A DNA stretch of 64,000 nucleotides. Origin: Haliotis cracherodii. Its lineage: Eukaryota. Location of the stretch: NCBI RefSeq assembly GCF_022045235.1, contig NW_027266343.1, positions 22,010,001-22,074,000 of the forward strand. Direction: 5' to 3'. Under the pieces are notes generated by a model, which had not been told where the DNA came from, did no database searches, and saw only the letters and a list, made by a program, of their open reading frames with translations. Both the position numbers and the translations under genes were made by a program. Below, piece by piece: positions 1 to 13,700 of the stretch; within the stretch, counting starts at the first letter, position 1, and each line of letters opens with the position of its first letter.

Positions 1-1199
1 GAAAACTCTAAAAATTACCAGTCCCACCCAATTTTTGTCAGTCTCAACTTTGAACTAATAAAAATGATAAGAAATTTGCCTGATTTTAAACTTTCAATTT
101 CAATGCAGTGTACTTTCATGGCTGACAAATTCAGTGATGTCTTTTCTGAAGTAATTTATTTAGATCTACATGAAATTCACACAAAGTTCAATCCTTATTT
201 TTCTTTTTTTTCCTGAATATTTCAGTTTGATTCACGACTAAGTTATTACAAATAGATATTTAACCTCACAGCAAAGCGAAATATTATTTTCTTGCACTAA
301 AATTAGATCAGGAGAAACCCTGATGATAACAGACAAGCTGACTTCATTTGAAAAGTATACTTTTTTAACTATCGATGATATTTTGTTCAACAACAAAGAT
401 TACTGGTAAACTGGAACACTGATGTAGATTTTATAAGATATTATATATAGTGGATAACTCAGGGATTTTGTAACAGTTCATTCTATCCTTTCATTAGCAC
501 TACCCATGGTTGTTCTATCCATGTTTTACTGTATTATTTTACCTTTATCGTTATACATTTAGCAAGTAAATTTCAAATTAACATAAGTAAAGGATATGAA
601 ACTGATGGGGTCGTGATTATGTGGTGTACAAATCTTGATGACCACATTGTTAATGGTAGATACACAGGTCTTGACCTTACACTACCCATATCGTCTTATT
701 GAGCATATGCCCTAAAGACAGACAATGCACCCCAACATTTACAATACTGAGTGAACAGTGTATCAGTAGTTATATTTCTAAGTGAATACATCTCAGTGAA
801 CTGAATAAACTGTACACTGACCAACAGCTAGATTAGCAGATAACATTGCATTACAACACATGTATACAGTAACTATGGATGTTGACCTTACATGAAGTCA
901 CTGTTGAAGGCAAGATCACAGGCTTATACATGGGATGGTGTCCCATGTTGCATCTTTTTCTCCTTTGTTACAACATTATGGAGATTTAGAGATTATAGCT
1001 TTTCTATTCAAAGGAAATAAACAATTTGGCAATATTTTAAACTCAAAAGTTATACTAGCCCGGATGAAGATAAATTGGTGAAATTGGGAATTTTGTTCTA
1101 GCCCACAGGAGTTTGTGCTTGCCTGGGGCTTGGGGGCTAGTGTTAATTTCTAACACTGTTAGGTCAGAATTACCTATATGGACATTTATGAGACTCTAG

Positions 1200-1423
1200 G
1201 CGTCAGCCACCCATGCGTGTCGTAAGAGGTGACTTTGCTTGTCGTGGGGCGAAACTAACAGGATTAGGTGGTCAGGCTCGCTGACTTGTGTCCCAATTGC
1301 TTAGATCGATGATCAAGATGTCAATCGCTGGGCTGTCTGGTCCAGACTCGATTATTAACAGACTGCTGTCATATACCTGGAATATTGCAGAGTGTGGCAT
1401 CAAACAACAAACAAACAAACAAA
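1200..1423 (+). mobile_element. Nin-domain-like SINE (partial)
   Basis: Core GTCGTAAGAGG(C/T)GACT, body ggtcaggctcgctgac...ccagactcgatt, (AAAC)n tail; matches four other copies in the window. Confidence 0.75.
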
Positions 1424-3729
1424 CTCTTGGAAACTTTGAGAATATTATGAAATTAGCAAATGTTCATATTTATTTATCATTTATTTATTTCTTTGAATGG
1501 CATTTAGAAGGGATACACATAACAAAGAAACTTTTCGGATGTCTACGTCTTTAGTATGATGAACAAAACATTTCAGAGTATATACTTACTCCTTCATCAG
1601 GTGAATGTGATGATGAATGAGTGTGTATATACTCCGTAACATTGTGTTCCTCATAATAAAGGCGTTGACATCCATAATTCTCTTCCTTATTTATTTCTTT
1701 GTCACCATGTATGTAGAGATTATTTTGTACACTGCAGTGCTTGAGTACTACAACTGATACTATTGATTGATGTAAAACATACCCCCATAAACATGTCACA
1801 CAACCTGTGTATGAGGAGCTTGTTTCACAGTGTGCATCTGTAGACAGTCACTCACACATACTGTTTCAATGGCAGAACCTTTGTTGTCTCCTGTTCAGAG
1901 GATTTACTTACAATCAACATTTCTCAGAAGATGTATCTCAATTCTCAGGAACTCTGGATTTGAGTAAATAAAGTTGAAGCTTCATTATTTTAAAGAATGA
2001 ACTTAGATTGTAATATTAAAACAAAGTTTCAACAGGTGCTTGTCTTGTTTTACATTGTTTGGGGTCAGTTTTTTAATGAAAATCAAACATTTGTTTTCCT
2101 GATGAGAGACATGAAAAACTATTTGTTTATCTTACATACAGTCCAAATGGAACAGGGGAGGATATACCTCTAGCATTCCAATCAGATAGGTTGAATGTGT
2201 AGCGGTTTGGAGGAATCCAAGTCAAATAGAGTTTCTTAACAACAGAGCATGTTGATGTGTGTTTATAATGGCCATTGTAAGGGAAGATATTAATGGGGAC
2301 AGCATTATTGATCTAATGGTGGACAGTTAGCTTTGACTAAGCCCTGCTGGCTTGTTTGTGTGGGTGTGTCATGGAGACAGGCAGACATGGGTAGGTGGGT
2401 ACAAAGCTCTGTCAACCATGTCACCATTTCTGTATAGATCACCTTACATCAGAACTGAGCTGAATATCCAAGCAAACAAGTCAGTGAATACCATTGACTG
2501 AGTACCTTGAACCTTGCAGATGAGACATACAACAGCAGGCTGATGACTGTATCATCATCATCATCAAAGTACTTTATGACCTGTACAAGTCCGACAAACT
2601 TAGTTCCCAATGTAAAAATATAACTTTGATTTCATATCTAATAATAACGTAAATTATACATACATATATTTCAATAGATATTGATTGTTAACAAAACAAG
2701 TAAATTTTATCGATATACATCAAAGGAATACTGTTTGTGCCAGTTGTATTTAACATGCTCTGAATTGATACATAATGTGATAAGTGGCCTGGTACGGGGA
2801 AGAACAGGATCATCAGACATTATTAATATTGGCCTGCATCCAAGAACCTGTTTATACTTACAAAATAAGTCATCAATACGTGTTAGGACAACAACTACTC
2901 AGCATAGTCAGAGAGACTATCCTGGTGCTTACAATGGGACGAAGCCCAACTGACATTCTTCAGCTGCGTGTATTGGAATAGAATATCGTAGGCTTTGTCT
3001 GGCTAATATTTCACCAACCTTGCTATATGTCAGTCCTATGGAGATGAGACCCATATTTTTAAGGAAAGGAGAGTTATGAGCATATTCCCCTAATTAACAC
3101 ATCCCTACTTTTTCATGTTGACAAAACATTCTCTTGAGGAAAATATTTGAAAAGTAAACTAGGACATTTTGTAGCCTGTATTTATACTGTGTTAGTTGCC
3201 CTAATGTGATACACATAGAATACGTTCTCTAGATTTGCTACTGTTGCACGTGCAGCAAGTTCCAACGCGAGCTGATATTTACAATGCATGGAACATGGCT
3301 CTTATTTTTTCCTTGGGTCGAAAATTAGTATTTTGTCAATCACTTGCATGTTGGGAATATGTGCTGACGGGGTTATAGGAAATATAGAGCCCTGAACAAG
3401 GATGTACATGTTGACCTGATGTTTATTTTTTGTCAAAGGTACATCTAGTTACTTTGAATATGAACATTGTTAAAGGTTACCTGCTGTAACAACATTATAG
3501 ACATATTATTTTTTGAGCTTGTAAGGGTTATGGAAATTTCTGTTCATTCGTGAAAAATAATGGCACATTTGCATAACAGAATAACATCACAGATGTATTT
3601 GAATGTAGAGCATTGATTTGTCTGATCCACAGCCTGCTTTGTATTGCCATTATTTATACAGAACTGCTTCATAATGCATTAAAGTTATTCCCTATTCTTT
3701 AAGTATGAGACATGTATACTTCAACATCT

Positions 3730-4318
3730 GAGGTGCCTTTTTGCCTGAAGTGGTGCCTTTTGCTATTTGCTGATTTTGGGCATTTTTATTTTTCTCAATT
3801 TCCATGGAAACAAATTGGACTTGGTCTCAAGAGGAGGTTTTGGATTTCGTTTCTGGAGCACAACTAAAAAAACGTGAAAGACTTTTTATCCAAACCTGGT
3901 ACATGTATTAACGAAGGACTGAAGTGGTGCCTTTTGCTATTTAGGAATTTTTCAAAATTTGACTTTTCCCTTTTTCCTTGGAAACATGTTTGACTAGCTG
4001 AAACAGAGGTAGGTGTCGATTCTGGAGCAGGACAATAAAACTATTCGACATTTTTTATCCAAACTTGGTACATGTATTAATCTTGGGCTGAAGTGGTGCC
4101 TTTTGCTATTTAGGATTTTTTTTTTAAATTTTTTTTTTCCTGTTTCCATCCAAATTCCATGGCATTGTTTTGATAGCTTCATAACTACTCTTGTATACGG
4201 ATAGACAGATTAGATAGAAATTCTCTCACCAAGTTAGATTTAAAGTAACAGTCAGATGATTTGTTCTTTCAAATTTGTTGAGGCCGGAGGGATTTGTCAT
4301 CTTCTGATGACTTTCCTT
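3730..4318 (+). mobile_element. Helentron-associated MITE (HINE), 5'-truncated
   Basis: Degenerate ~170-bp units containing gtggtgccttttgcta; 3' end gccggagggat plus hairpin gtcatc-ttct-gatgac, as in the full copies. Confidence 0.65.
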
Positions 4319-4642
4319 TTATTTATTCATCATCATCATCATTTTTGGACATTGTTAATAAATTTCTGAAAATGAGATACTGTACATCTCAAAAACTTCT
4401 GTACCAAATACTTTACATGTATGTTTCCATTCATATGGTTTTACAAAATATTATATTGATGTACACTACCCCTTCAAATCACACAGTCAATTTGATGTGA
4501 AAATTCTCTTTAACTGGCAGCCTCACTTTCTCTACTTGATGGCTGAAACTTTCAGCTGGACATTTATCTCGTGAGCAGCACTACCTTGGCACTATGATTC
4601 CATGTTTCAATGACATAATGTTGTGACGTGCATCTGTTTCAG

Positions 4643-4727
4643 CGTTAGAGCTGATGGTGAGATGGCCCAGCAAGACTTGAACAGCGTCACATCTATGGAG
4701 ACGGATCTTGATGATGAAAGGGAACTT
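4643..4727 (+). CDS. EVC2-like exon (VRADGEMAQQDLNSVTSMETDLDDEREL)
   Basis: tttcag| ... |gtacgt, phase 2->0, joins next exon in frame. Confidence 0.7.
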
Positions 4728-7700
4728 GTACGTCAGTTTGCTATTCACACTTTTCATCAGCTGCACAAAGACCACCTACATGACACACACATAAAGTAAA
4801 CAAAGGGGATCATTAGTCAGTATCTATATCCCATTATTTCCTGTAGTAAAGTCATACATAATACACAATACTTTTGAAAGAAACTAGTCAAACACGGTAG
4901 TAGTGAAGTTGACGGGACCTACATAAATACTTCGAGTTATCCGAGGTTTGACATAAACTGGTTTGGTTTGATTCTTTTTTAACTCTGCACTCAGCATTAT
5001 TCCAGCTATATGACGGAGGTCTGTAAATAATCGAGTCTTGACCAGACAATCCAGTGATTAACATCATGAACATCTATCCACGAAGTAGGGATACAATGAC
5101 ATGCATCAACCAAGTCAGTGAGCCTGACCACCCGATTCCGTAAGTCGCCTCTTACGACAAGCATAGTCTTTTACGGCAAGCATGGGTTGCTAAAGACCCA
5201 TTCCACCCCGAATCTTCACGGGTCTCGACACAACTGAAAATCATATATAGTATAAAGAAGGAATGCACAGGTTTTTACTTTGAGACAACCGTAAGTTTGA
5301 CACATCAAAGTTCGACACAACAGTGTTTGACTATAATAGACTTATAGGATGTTTTGGTTTGTGATGGTATATCCTTAATAAGTGCATGTCCTGTAGTTTG
5401 TCATGTCATATTTAACATTTCCCTGTTATCATGTTGTATAAGAAACTTGAGCAATGACATTTGATCTAACTCTGTGAACCAAGGCTGGGCAAATATTAGA
5501 GTTGACCAGTCATGCAGCCCAGAAATGCTTCACAAACGTTCAACTCACACAAGGCATAAATCTTCCGTGGCTGTCTTGATAATGTTTCCATTTGAGGGTC
5601 TCACTACAAATGACGTGGCTGACATGGCTCGAATATAATCACACAATATGACAGTTACTTTTTAACTCTTATCATTTACCTATTTACAGTTTAGAACCTT
5701 TATTTAAGAAGGTGTGTTTAGTCTAATGATGGATGAATTCAAGACATTCAAGACAACTATTTGTGACATGGACAAACTGACAACTAGTGTTACACACATC
5801 TCATTGAGAATACTATTCTGTGTGGAAGTGCTCTAATTGTCAGCAATTGAATCATTATGATTATTGATTGCAATCCTCCTCATGAATGATAATTTACTAT
5901 GACTTGCAGCTGCTGCTTCGCTGCCTGGACGGCCTGATGAAGACGTTGGTGGTGAAGAAGGACATCACAGAGGACTACTACAGGACGTTCATGAAGAGGA
6001 CAGGTGAAGACATCACAGACATCAGGAAAATTGTGCACACAGAGCGTCAAGAGGCGGAGGAGGTAACTCGGTTGGCTTCAGTGCTGAACTATAGATATCT
6101 CCACTTAGGATGTTGCTCAACAAGTTTCATTTCCATGACTCCTGCTCACATCTTTAATTGTAGCAGCTATTGCCATGCACATGCCTCAAATTAAGAAACT
6201 GAAGTTGAACATTGCTGAGCTCTTAAATGTCACCATGTTCTGTAATGTGACTGAGCTCTTGTATGGCATTATCTTCTGAATAACTGCTGAGCTCTTTCAT
6301 ATCTATGGTTATGCTGCTGTGCTCTTGCACGGCACTATTTACTGTAGTGTTGCTGAGCTCTTACATGACACTTCCCAGGTATCTGCTGTAGTGTTGCTGA
6401 GCTCTTACATGTCACTTCCCAGGTATCTGCTGTAGTGTTGCTGAGCTCTTACATGACACTTCCCAGGTATCTGCTGTAGTGTTGCTGAGCTCTTACATGA
6501 CACTTCCCAGGTATCTGCTGTAGTGTTGTTGAACTCTTACATGTCACTTCCCAGGTATCTGCTGTAGTGTTGTTGAACTCTTACATGACACTTCCCAGGT
6601 ATCTGCTGTAGTGTTGTTGAACTCTTACATGACACTTCCCAGGTATCTGCTGTAGTGTTGTTGAACTCTTACATGTCACTTCCCAGGTATCTGCTGTAGT
6701 ATTGCTGAGCTCTTACATGACACTTCCCAGGTATCTGCTGTAGTGTTGTTGAACTCTTACATGACACTTCCCAGGTATCTGCTGTAGTGTTGTTGAACTC
6801 TTACATGACACTTCCCAGGTATCTGCTGTAGTGTTGCTGAGCTCTTACATGTCACTTCCCAGGTATCTGCTGTAGTGTTGTTGAACTCTTACATGTCACT
6901 TCCCAGGTATCTGCTGTAGTATTGTTGAACTCTTACATGACACTTCCCAGGTATCTGCTGTAGTGTTGCTGAGCTCTTACATGACACTTCCCAGGTATCT
7001 GCTGTAGTGTTGTTGAACTCTTACATGACACTTCCCAGGTATCTGCTGTAGTGTTGTTGAACTCTTACATGACACTTCCCAGGTATCTGCTGTAGTGTTG
7101 TTGAACTCTTACATGTCACTTCCCAGGTATCTGCTGTAGTGTTGTTGAACTCTTACATGTCACTTCCCAGGTATCTGCTGTAGTGTTGTTGAACTCTTAC
7201 ATGTCACTTCCCAGGTATCTGCTGTAGTGTTGTTGAACACTTACATGTCACTATCACCTAAAATGTTGCAGGAGGCCAAGAACAACAGCAAGCTCAGCAC
7301 GGACCCCCAAGCACTCGACTCTCACCTTGAGAACCTTCAGACACAAGCCAGTAGCAAACAGGTATACAGACAGTTTAGATGGGCATGGATGTTGTTGGTT
7401 GGTTGGTTTGTTGTTTAACGCCGCACTCAGCAATATTCCATCTATATGACGGCGGTCTGTAAATAATCGAGTCTGGACCAGACAATCCAGTAATTAATAT
7501 CATGAGCATCGATCCACGCAATTGGGATTGATGACATGCATCAACCAAGTCAGCGAACCTGACCACCCGATCCTGTTAGTCACCTTTTACGACAAGCATA
7601 GTCCCCTTTTGCGGCAAGCATGGGTTGCTGAAGACCTATTCTACCCCAATCTCATTCAAATCAGACCTTAGTTCTCACTACTGCTAAACAAAGATCTGAA

Positions 7701-10700
7701 GACATCCCATTAGGGGTCACGTCAGAACGACCTTTCATCCGACCAATCAGTGTGTCACTTACCAGATTATGAAAGTGACAGTCGGAATGTGATTTCTAAT
7801 CATGCAATCTCGAAAACTTTAACATGGTCTATTCCGAACGATAGTTACTGGTTTAACGACTGAATACTTACAATCCAGACCATCTATTAGCCATTCCAGA
7901 ATGTTTGTTTGTTCAGGTTTCAAATTTGTAATGGAGAATTTGTCAAAATATGTTTCGAAGTGTAGTCGCCAATTTGAAATTTGTGCCGTAAAGCTGGAAA
8001 AAGCTGCCTTCTGATTGGTCATTCCATTGGTCGGTCAAAGTTCCCGCAAGGTTGGTCTGACGTGACCCGTCATGGGATGTCCTCAGATCTTTGTTTAGCG
8101 GTAGGTAGCAAGAACTAAGATCTGATTTTAATGAGATTGATTCTACCCCAGAATCTTCACGGGTCTGGGCATGGATGTGTACAAGTGGACATGTACATGT
8201 GTTACTTGTAGACTGCAACGTGTGATGATCACCTGACCTTTCTGAACAAGTAGTTAAAGGCTTTTTTAAAACAATCACATACATGAATCAAATGTTTACC
8301 AGTTGTCTTTACAGACAGATTAATACATAATACTGTCTATTTCGACATGGAGTATTAATGGTTACATATAACACAAGTACACACTGATAACTGTCTTTGT
8401 TCAGAACCGACTGCAGAGAGAACAGAGAGAGAAGATGAGACAAGATCTCATACGGTCGTCTAGAATGTCGGAAGCTGAGGTAATTTAGATGTCCGCTACT
8501 TTGTTTGAAGACCACCCAGTACAGATAATATTTTGAGCAATGGAGTATTTACTAGTTTGGGGAATTTGTTAAAATTTCATTATCGATCACTGGTTTCACA
8601 AAACCAATCGATTATCCATCATCAATCGATAATGAGTTCAGTGTTCAGAATTCAGATACCTGGTACTTCCCTGACTTATTAAAGCAAATGACATATTCAG
8701 GAACTGTTGTTTGATTTGTTAATGTCTTATGTGATGATCAGTTAACATAAACATGTCCATAACAAGTAGTCAGTTTGTCCATTATTCACTTCAGTGGTGT
8801 ACATGTATCATGTGTTGCCTGCATTCCATAAGTAAATACAGATCAGTAAAGGAATGCCTTAACGCAAGCACACAAGGCTGCATTATTATATTGTTGTTGT
8901 TCTTTCATGCATTCTTGTACACAAACTTTTCAACAGTGCATGGATAATGGTGATTTATTTTGTGTAGACTGTATTCGGCTTTCAATGTAACTGTCCCAAA
9001 TATGTTTGTGCGAGTGTTTTGATCTATGGCTTTTCCTATGAATGCTACATGGACATCAGATGTTCATTACCTAATTGTGGCCAGGTATTAGATGAGGCCT
9101 CCTTTGTTTTCCCCTTGAGGGGTAAGGTTAAAAGAAATGTCATACTGGTACTTTTCTTCGGTGCTATAGATATATGACATTGATGTTGTCCAGGTGGAAG
9201 CGCTGATGGAGAAGCTGATGGGGCAGATGGGAGCACTGGAAGAGAAGATTGGTGCAGAGCAAGCCAGGCAGAGAAGGGTAAGCATACGTCTCTCTCAACA
9301 TATTTTGGCAATGCCGTAGCAGATATACAGCATATATGGAAAGTCAGGTCATTTAAATATTCACTTATATATCTATGAAATTTGTTCCCTTGTGACATGA
9401 TGAGTTTGCTGACTCTCCCAACAAGACATATACAACCCAGATGTCCTTTGTGTGTTGTAGGCCCTGCAGGAGCGGCTGGCCAAGCGGCGACAAGTGTTGG
9501 AGTACAACAACATGCAGGCTGACAACCAGAACCAGGATATCAACACCCAGGTCACAGTGCTAGCCGACATCCTCACCGGCCTTGTAACTGACAAGAAACT
9601 GGCAGACAAGCAGCAAGAGGAATTACTGCAACAGTACCGAGAGGATGTAGACAATGTTAGGGCACACTACAATAAAGGTAACACCCTTCAGTCATCAGGG
9701 CACACTATCTTTCAAATCTCTGTTCATAACTTACCGTTTATGTCTTTCTCTCAGCTGCATTCTGTGCAAGGCACTTTGTGCACTTGACTGCGATAATTGA
9801 CTATTGACTTGGAATTGTGTTTTGTGGTCACTGCGGGCATACTTACAAACCTAAATGAGGTCATACAAGAATCGATTTCTACAATGGGATTCCGAATTAA
9901 TATTGACGCTTAATATCTCATTTAGATTGAGAACTTTTAAAGCTTTTGTTTTTCTTAAAATTATAAAGAAAATGCTTAAACATTACCATGTGTTTTGAAC
10001 TGATATATAACAGATGGATAACAAACTGTGCTCAACTTGGACCTTTATTGGCTATGCTGAAAATATAAGATTTCTTGTATCTCCGAAACTGCTTTGCCAA
10101 ATGTAGTTAATTCTGTAGTGAACTAGTTTGATTGTGTTGTAGAGGCAGTACGTCAGCAAGAAAGTCTGGCTGAGAAGCTACAACAACGACGACAAAGACG
10201 CATGCACAAGCTGGCCGAGAAACAAACAAAGGAGAGGGCAACCTTTGTCCACACATCTGACAAGGGGGTGTCAGCTACAGAGTTTATACAGGTAGCCAGT
10301 CCAGCTGATGCCATATTCACAAGTATGTCTCTCCATAATATAAATGTCTCCACAGGAATAGGAGGCTCTGAGTGATAGATGGAAGATGTATGTATACCCT
10401 CCTGCATAAACAGCAAGTATAAAGACAAGGAAAGAAATGCATAAGTACATATTTTATATTTATCCTGCATTACTCCTTAATGCATTTATTGCTTACTTTA
10501 TGACAGAAACAGAGCTGTGCGATGGTCTAGGCTGAAGGAAAAAGTTGTTCCATACAAGTGTGAAGTCTGAAGCCCGACCCAGCACAGCTACCACGTGACC
10601 CATGGAAATGATGACATCACATATCTTCAAATTCCTTCTTGTCACCGGACAGACATGTGTCCACTTTTGGTCCTCAACATTTGGCTTTAATTTTGTGGAT

Positions 10701-13700
10701 TGCGCTTTGCTTCCATGTAAAATTTCTTCTGTGACGGGTGGAATATATATTTATATAATTATTATGCTTTTGATATATGTAATGTGTAATGATATATATG
10801 AAATTCATGTGAAGAGACTGTTGTATTTTTCCTTATTGTGGTTCCATCCACCATCTGGATTTGAATACTTGTCTCTCTTCTATAGAATTCGAGGCAGTAG
10901 GTTCATTTTCGTTTTCTGGCTAGGTATTTATATTATAATTACCTATAGCAGCTAGTTGGCTTTTCAAGTGTTTTATGTTTGTCTTTTGATACAATAACCT
11001 ATAATTTTTAAACTTATCATATCTCACTCTGTACATCTCATACTTCTTCTTCTGCCCCTTGTGTGGAAACGTCCCAAAACAAAGTTACCAGCTTCTAAGC
11101 TCATTTTGCCCATACACCCATTGCATCACCATGACGACCACCTCCAGCAATCAGAGCACACACACGAATCTCATGCAGCCTGCTGGACATGACACCTGAC
11201 ACCCTCTGCCTCATCATTCTCATTCTCCTCCCCTCCCTGTGGAGACGTGTTATATTTTTGAGAGAATATTTAGGCCTTTACTTGCATCAAAATGGGCAAA
11301 GATCAACCAAAATGTCTGCGATAATTCTTCATCGGTGGATCTGCACAAATTATGTTGTGACTGTCAGGGGTTCTGCAAACCAGGTTTCCGTTGTACAGAA
11401 TGTTCCCATCTTTCCAAAGAGACGTTTGCAGAATATCTTAGGAAATGTCAGAAAAGGAACATTGATCGCAGATCTAAATCTAAAGGGACAGAACACGAAC
11501 CTTCCTTGTCAAAGGAACCCAAACATACGACTTAGGCTAGCGTCTATCCTCTTGAGTTGCATCCTAACGGTCGACATTCACAGGATAGATCGACATCGAG
11601 CCTTCAGGGTCGACATTCTAAGGAATGCACTTACCTCAAGTCTCTGTTCGCGGGATCGATTGTCCAAGAGTGGACATTCTAAAGATCGATACGCCAAGGG
11701 TCATTCTCCTCAACAACGATCATCACGAGAACGGACTTTGACACTGAAGCAATCCTCCAATGATGTGACCACAACCATTCCGACTCCACAGATTGTCTAC
11801 ACTCTATGGATTGATCCTATGATTATGACCACAGCCGTTCCCGTTCTACCGAACGTCATTGTCACCTCGATCCGATTGTGCTCCTCGGACTTTGACTCTC
11901 AACGTCATCCCTATTGACACTCATCTCGACATTATCGATACGAGATGGACTTTGACTGGGATCGACATCTATCTACATCCCAGCGATACCAGCCTATGTG
12001 ACACTATCCTTACCCCACACTGGATCGATATGGGGATCATCGATATTGGCCCTCCCCCGAATACTCATTCACGTTCCGAGTGGCCTGCTCATATGCTTCC
12101 AGACCAGCAATCACCCGACAAGTTGCACTCAACGGTCATGACGCTTCCCTCGCAACCTCCTGTGACGGACCCTTCCACCAGTACGGTTCCTCAAGTGACT
12201 TATCCCTTACCACCTTCATAGGATCATAGAGATCAGACCACACTTTCAGTTTCACAGATTGGATCTCAATTACAGTCCTTATTGGCGACTTTCTCAGCAA
12301 CGCACAGAACAGTCAGGAATAACACCTAGGGATGCTACAACCACGACTTAGGCACAGACGACTCCGGGTACTGCGGTTAGAGACTGGGTCGATAACACGC
12401 CAACTTCTCCCGATGCTAACCCTGAAAGCCAGGCTTCACCTCCATCATCTCGCAGTTGGGCCCAGGTTGACCCTTCTCTGATTCTTCCCTGGACCGCAGA
12501 CTCACTCAACCTATCTGAGGATTACCTCCTTGCAGGGTTTGCGATGTCAACTAACACAGCTTCTCCCATCATGTTACCTCCAGCAGTCACCATGACACAC
12601 CTTGGAGCTGGATGTTAACATTGCCACCATTGCCTCGAAGTGATCCTCTTCTACATCAGTTATTGATGACAAGGAACTGGTACATCTGGATATCACAATC
12701 AGAAGGATCCTACCTTTATTGTCCACCATATTATCGGCGACATGCAAGAAGTATTTCCGTGGCCCAGGCTAAGACATTAGAGGAGGACTACAGAGGGACC
12801 ATGAATTTAATCCAAAGCAAATTTCAGGACATCATGGATCTTATCACACATCAATTGGGATCACTTACTGCGCTCAGGCGTAGAGGTCTAGTCAAGTACT
12901 GTCCTTGGGAAGAACATCATAAAGTCAGACTCTTCCAAGTGCCTTGGTCAACTCCCTACTTATCTGATCAGAATCCAAGATGTTTGTACAGGTAGTCAAT
13001 GAGGATACTCATCTCCAAGTGTCAGTAGACCTTCTTTGATAGGCATTTGCAGTGTTAGAACTACACCGAAACATCGCTCTTAATTGTATTAAAGAAGTTG
13101 TTCATCCATAAATTTTATCCTTCATCAGTCTGATGTCTTATTCTTAAGACATCAGAGGCAACAACTGGAGGACCAGTAGAGACAGGACTGTTTTATGTCC
13201 CCAGTTCAAACCATCCCAACAAGATCTCTGCAACGTCATTAGTGGGAAGACAGGCTCTTTTTGTGGCAGAGGACGAGCCTAAAACGGCTCTTCTCTGAGA
13301 TCTGTCACCTTCTCCTCCACCAAGGACTCTGGAGAGTCCCCCAAGAGGGGCAATGTCTCCTTCAAGTGGCTCCGCCTGCCTCCGGGACTTCCGCCTCCAG
13401 TTGTACCCATTACTTTCACTCCAGTAGGCGGAACACTAGGTTGATTCGTAGCCAACTGGACCATCCTGGACGACCACTTCATGTCCCAGATCCTTCGAGA
13501 CTGACTGCCACTCAGAGGAGTCTCTCCAACAATGTCCACTCCACTCCAGACGGTGTATGCGGCCAAGCAGTTGACAACACAACAGGTCACAATAGGTACG
13601 TTGATATCCAAATATACCCCAGAGTCTTTAGGCCCCAGTCCCAGAACCCCAGGGTTCTACTTGCCAATATTTTTGGTTGCGAAAAATGACTGCAAGAAAT

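Noticed and set aside
1500-3000. Possible further upstream exons (near 1555-1600, 1899-1965, 2519-2580, ORF 2784-2981)
   Set aside because: Splice signals or phases could not be chained convincingly to exon 4643, and no homology was recognised.
4585-4775. Open - strand segment bounded by tag| and |gtag, overlapping the sense exon 4643-4727
   Set aside because: No partner exons were found, and the sense reading fits the EVC2-like model. It is most simply an antisense shadow, though it cannot be excluded without stranded RNA-seq.
11189-12995. ORFs of 120-242 aa as host genes
   Set aside because: They lie inside the DIRS element's ITRs and are off-frame or decayed gag-region readings.
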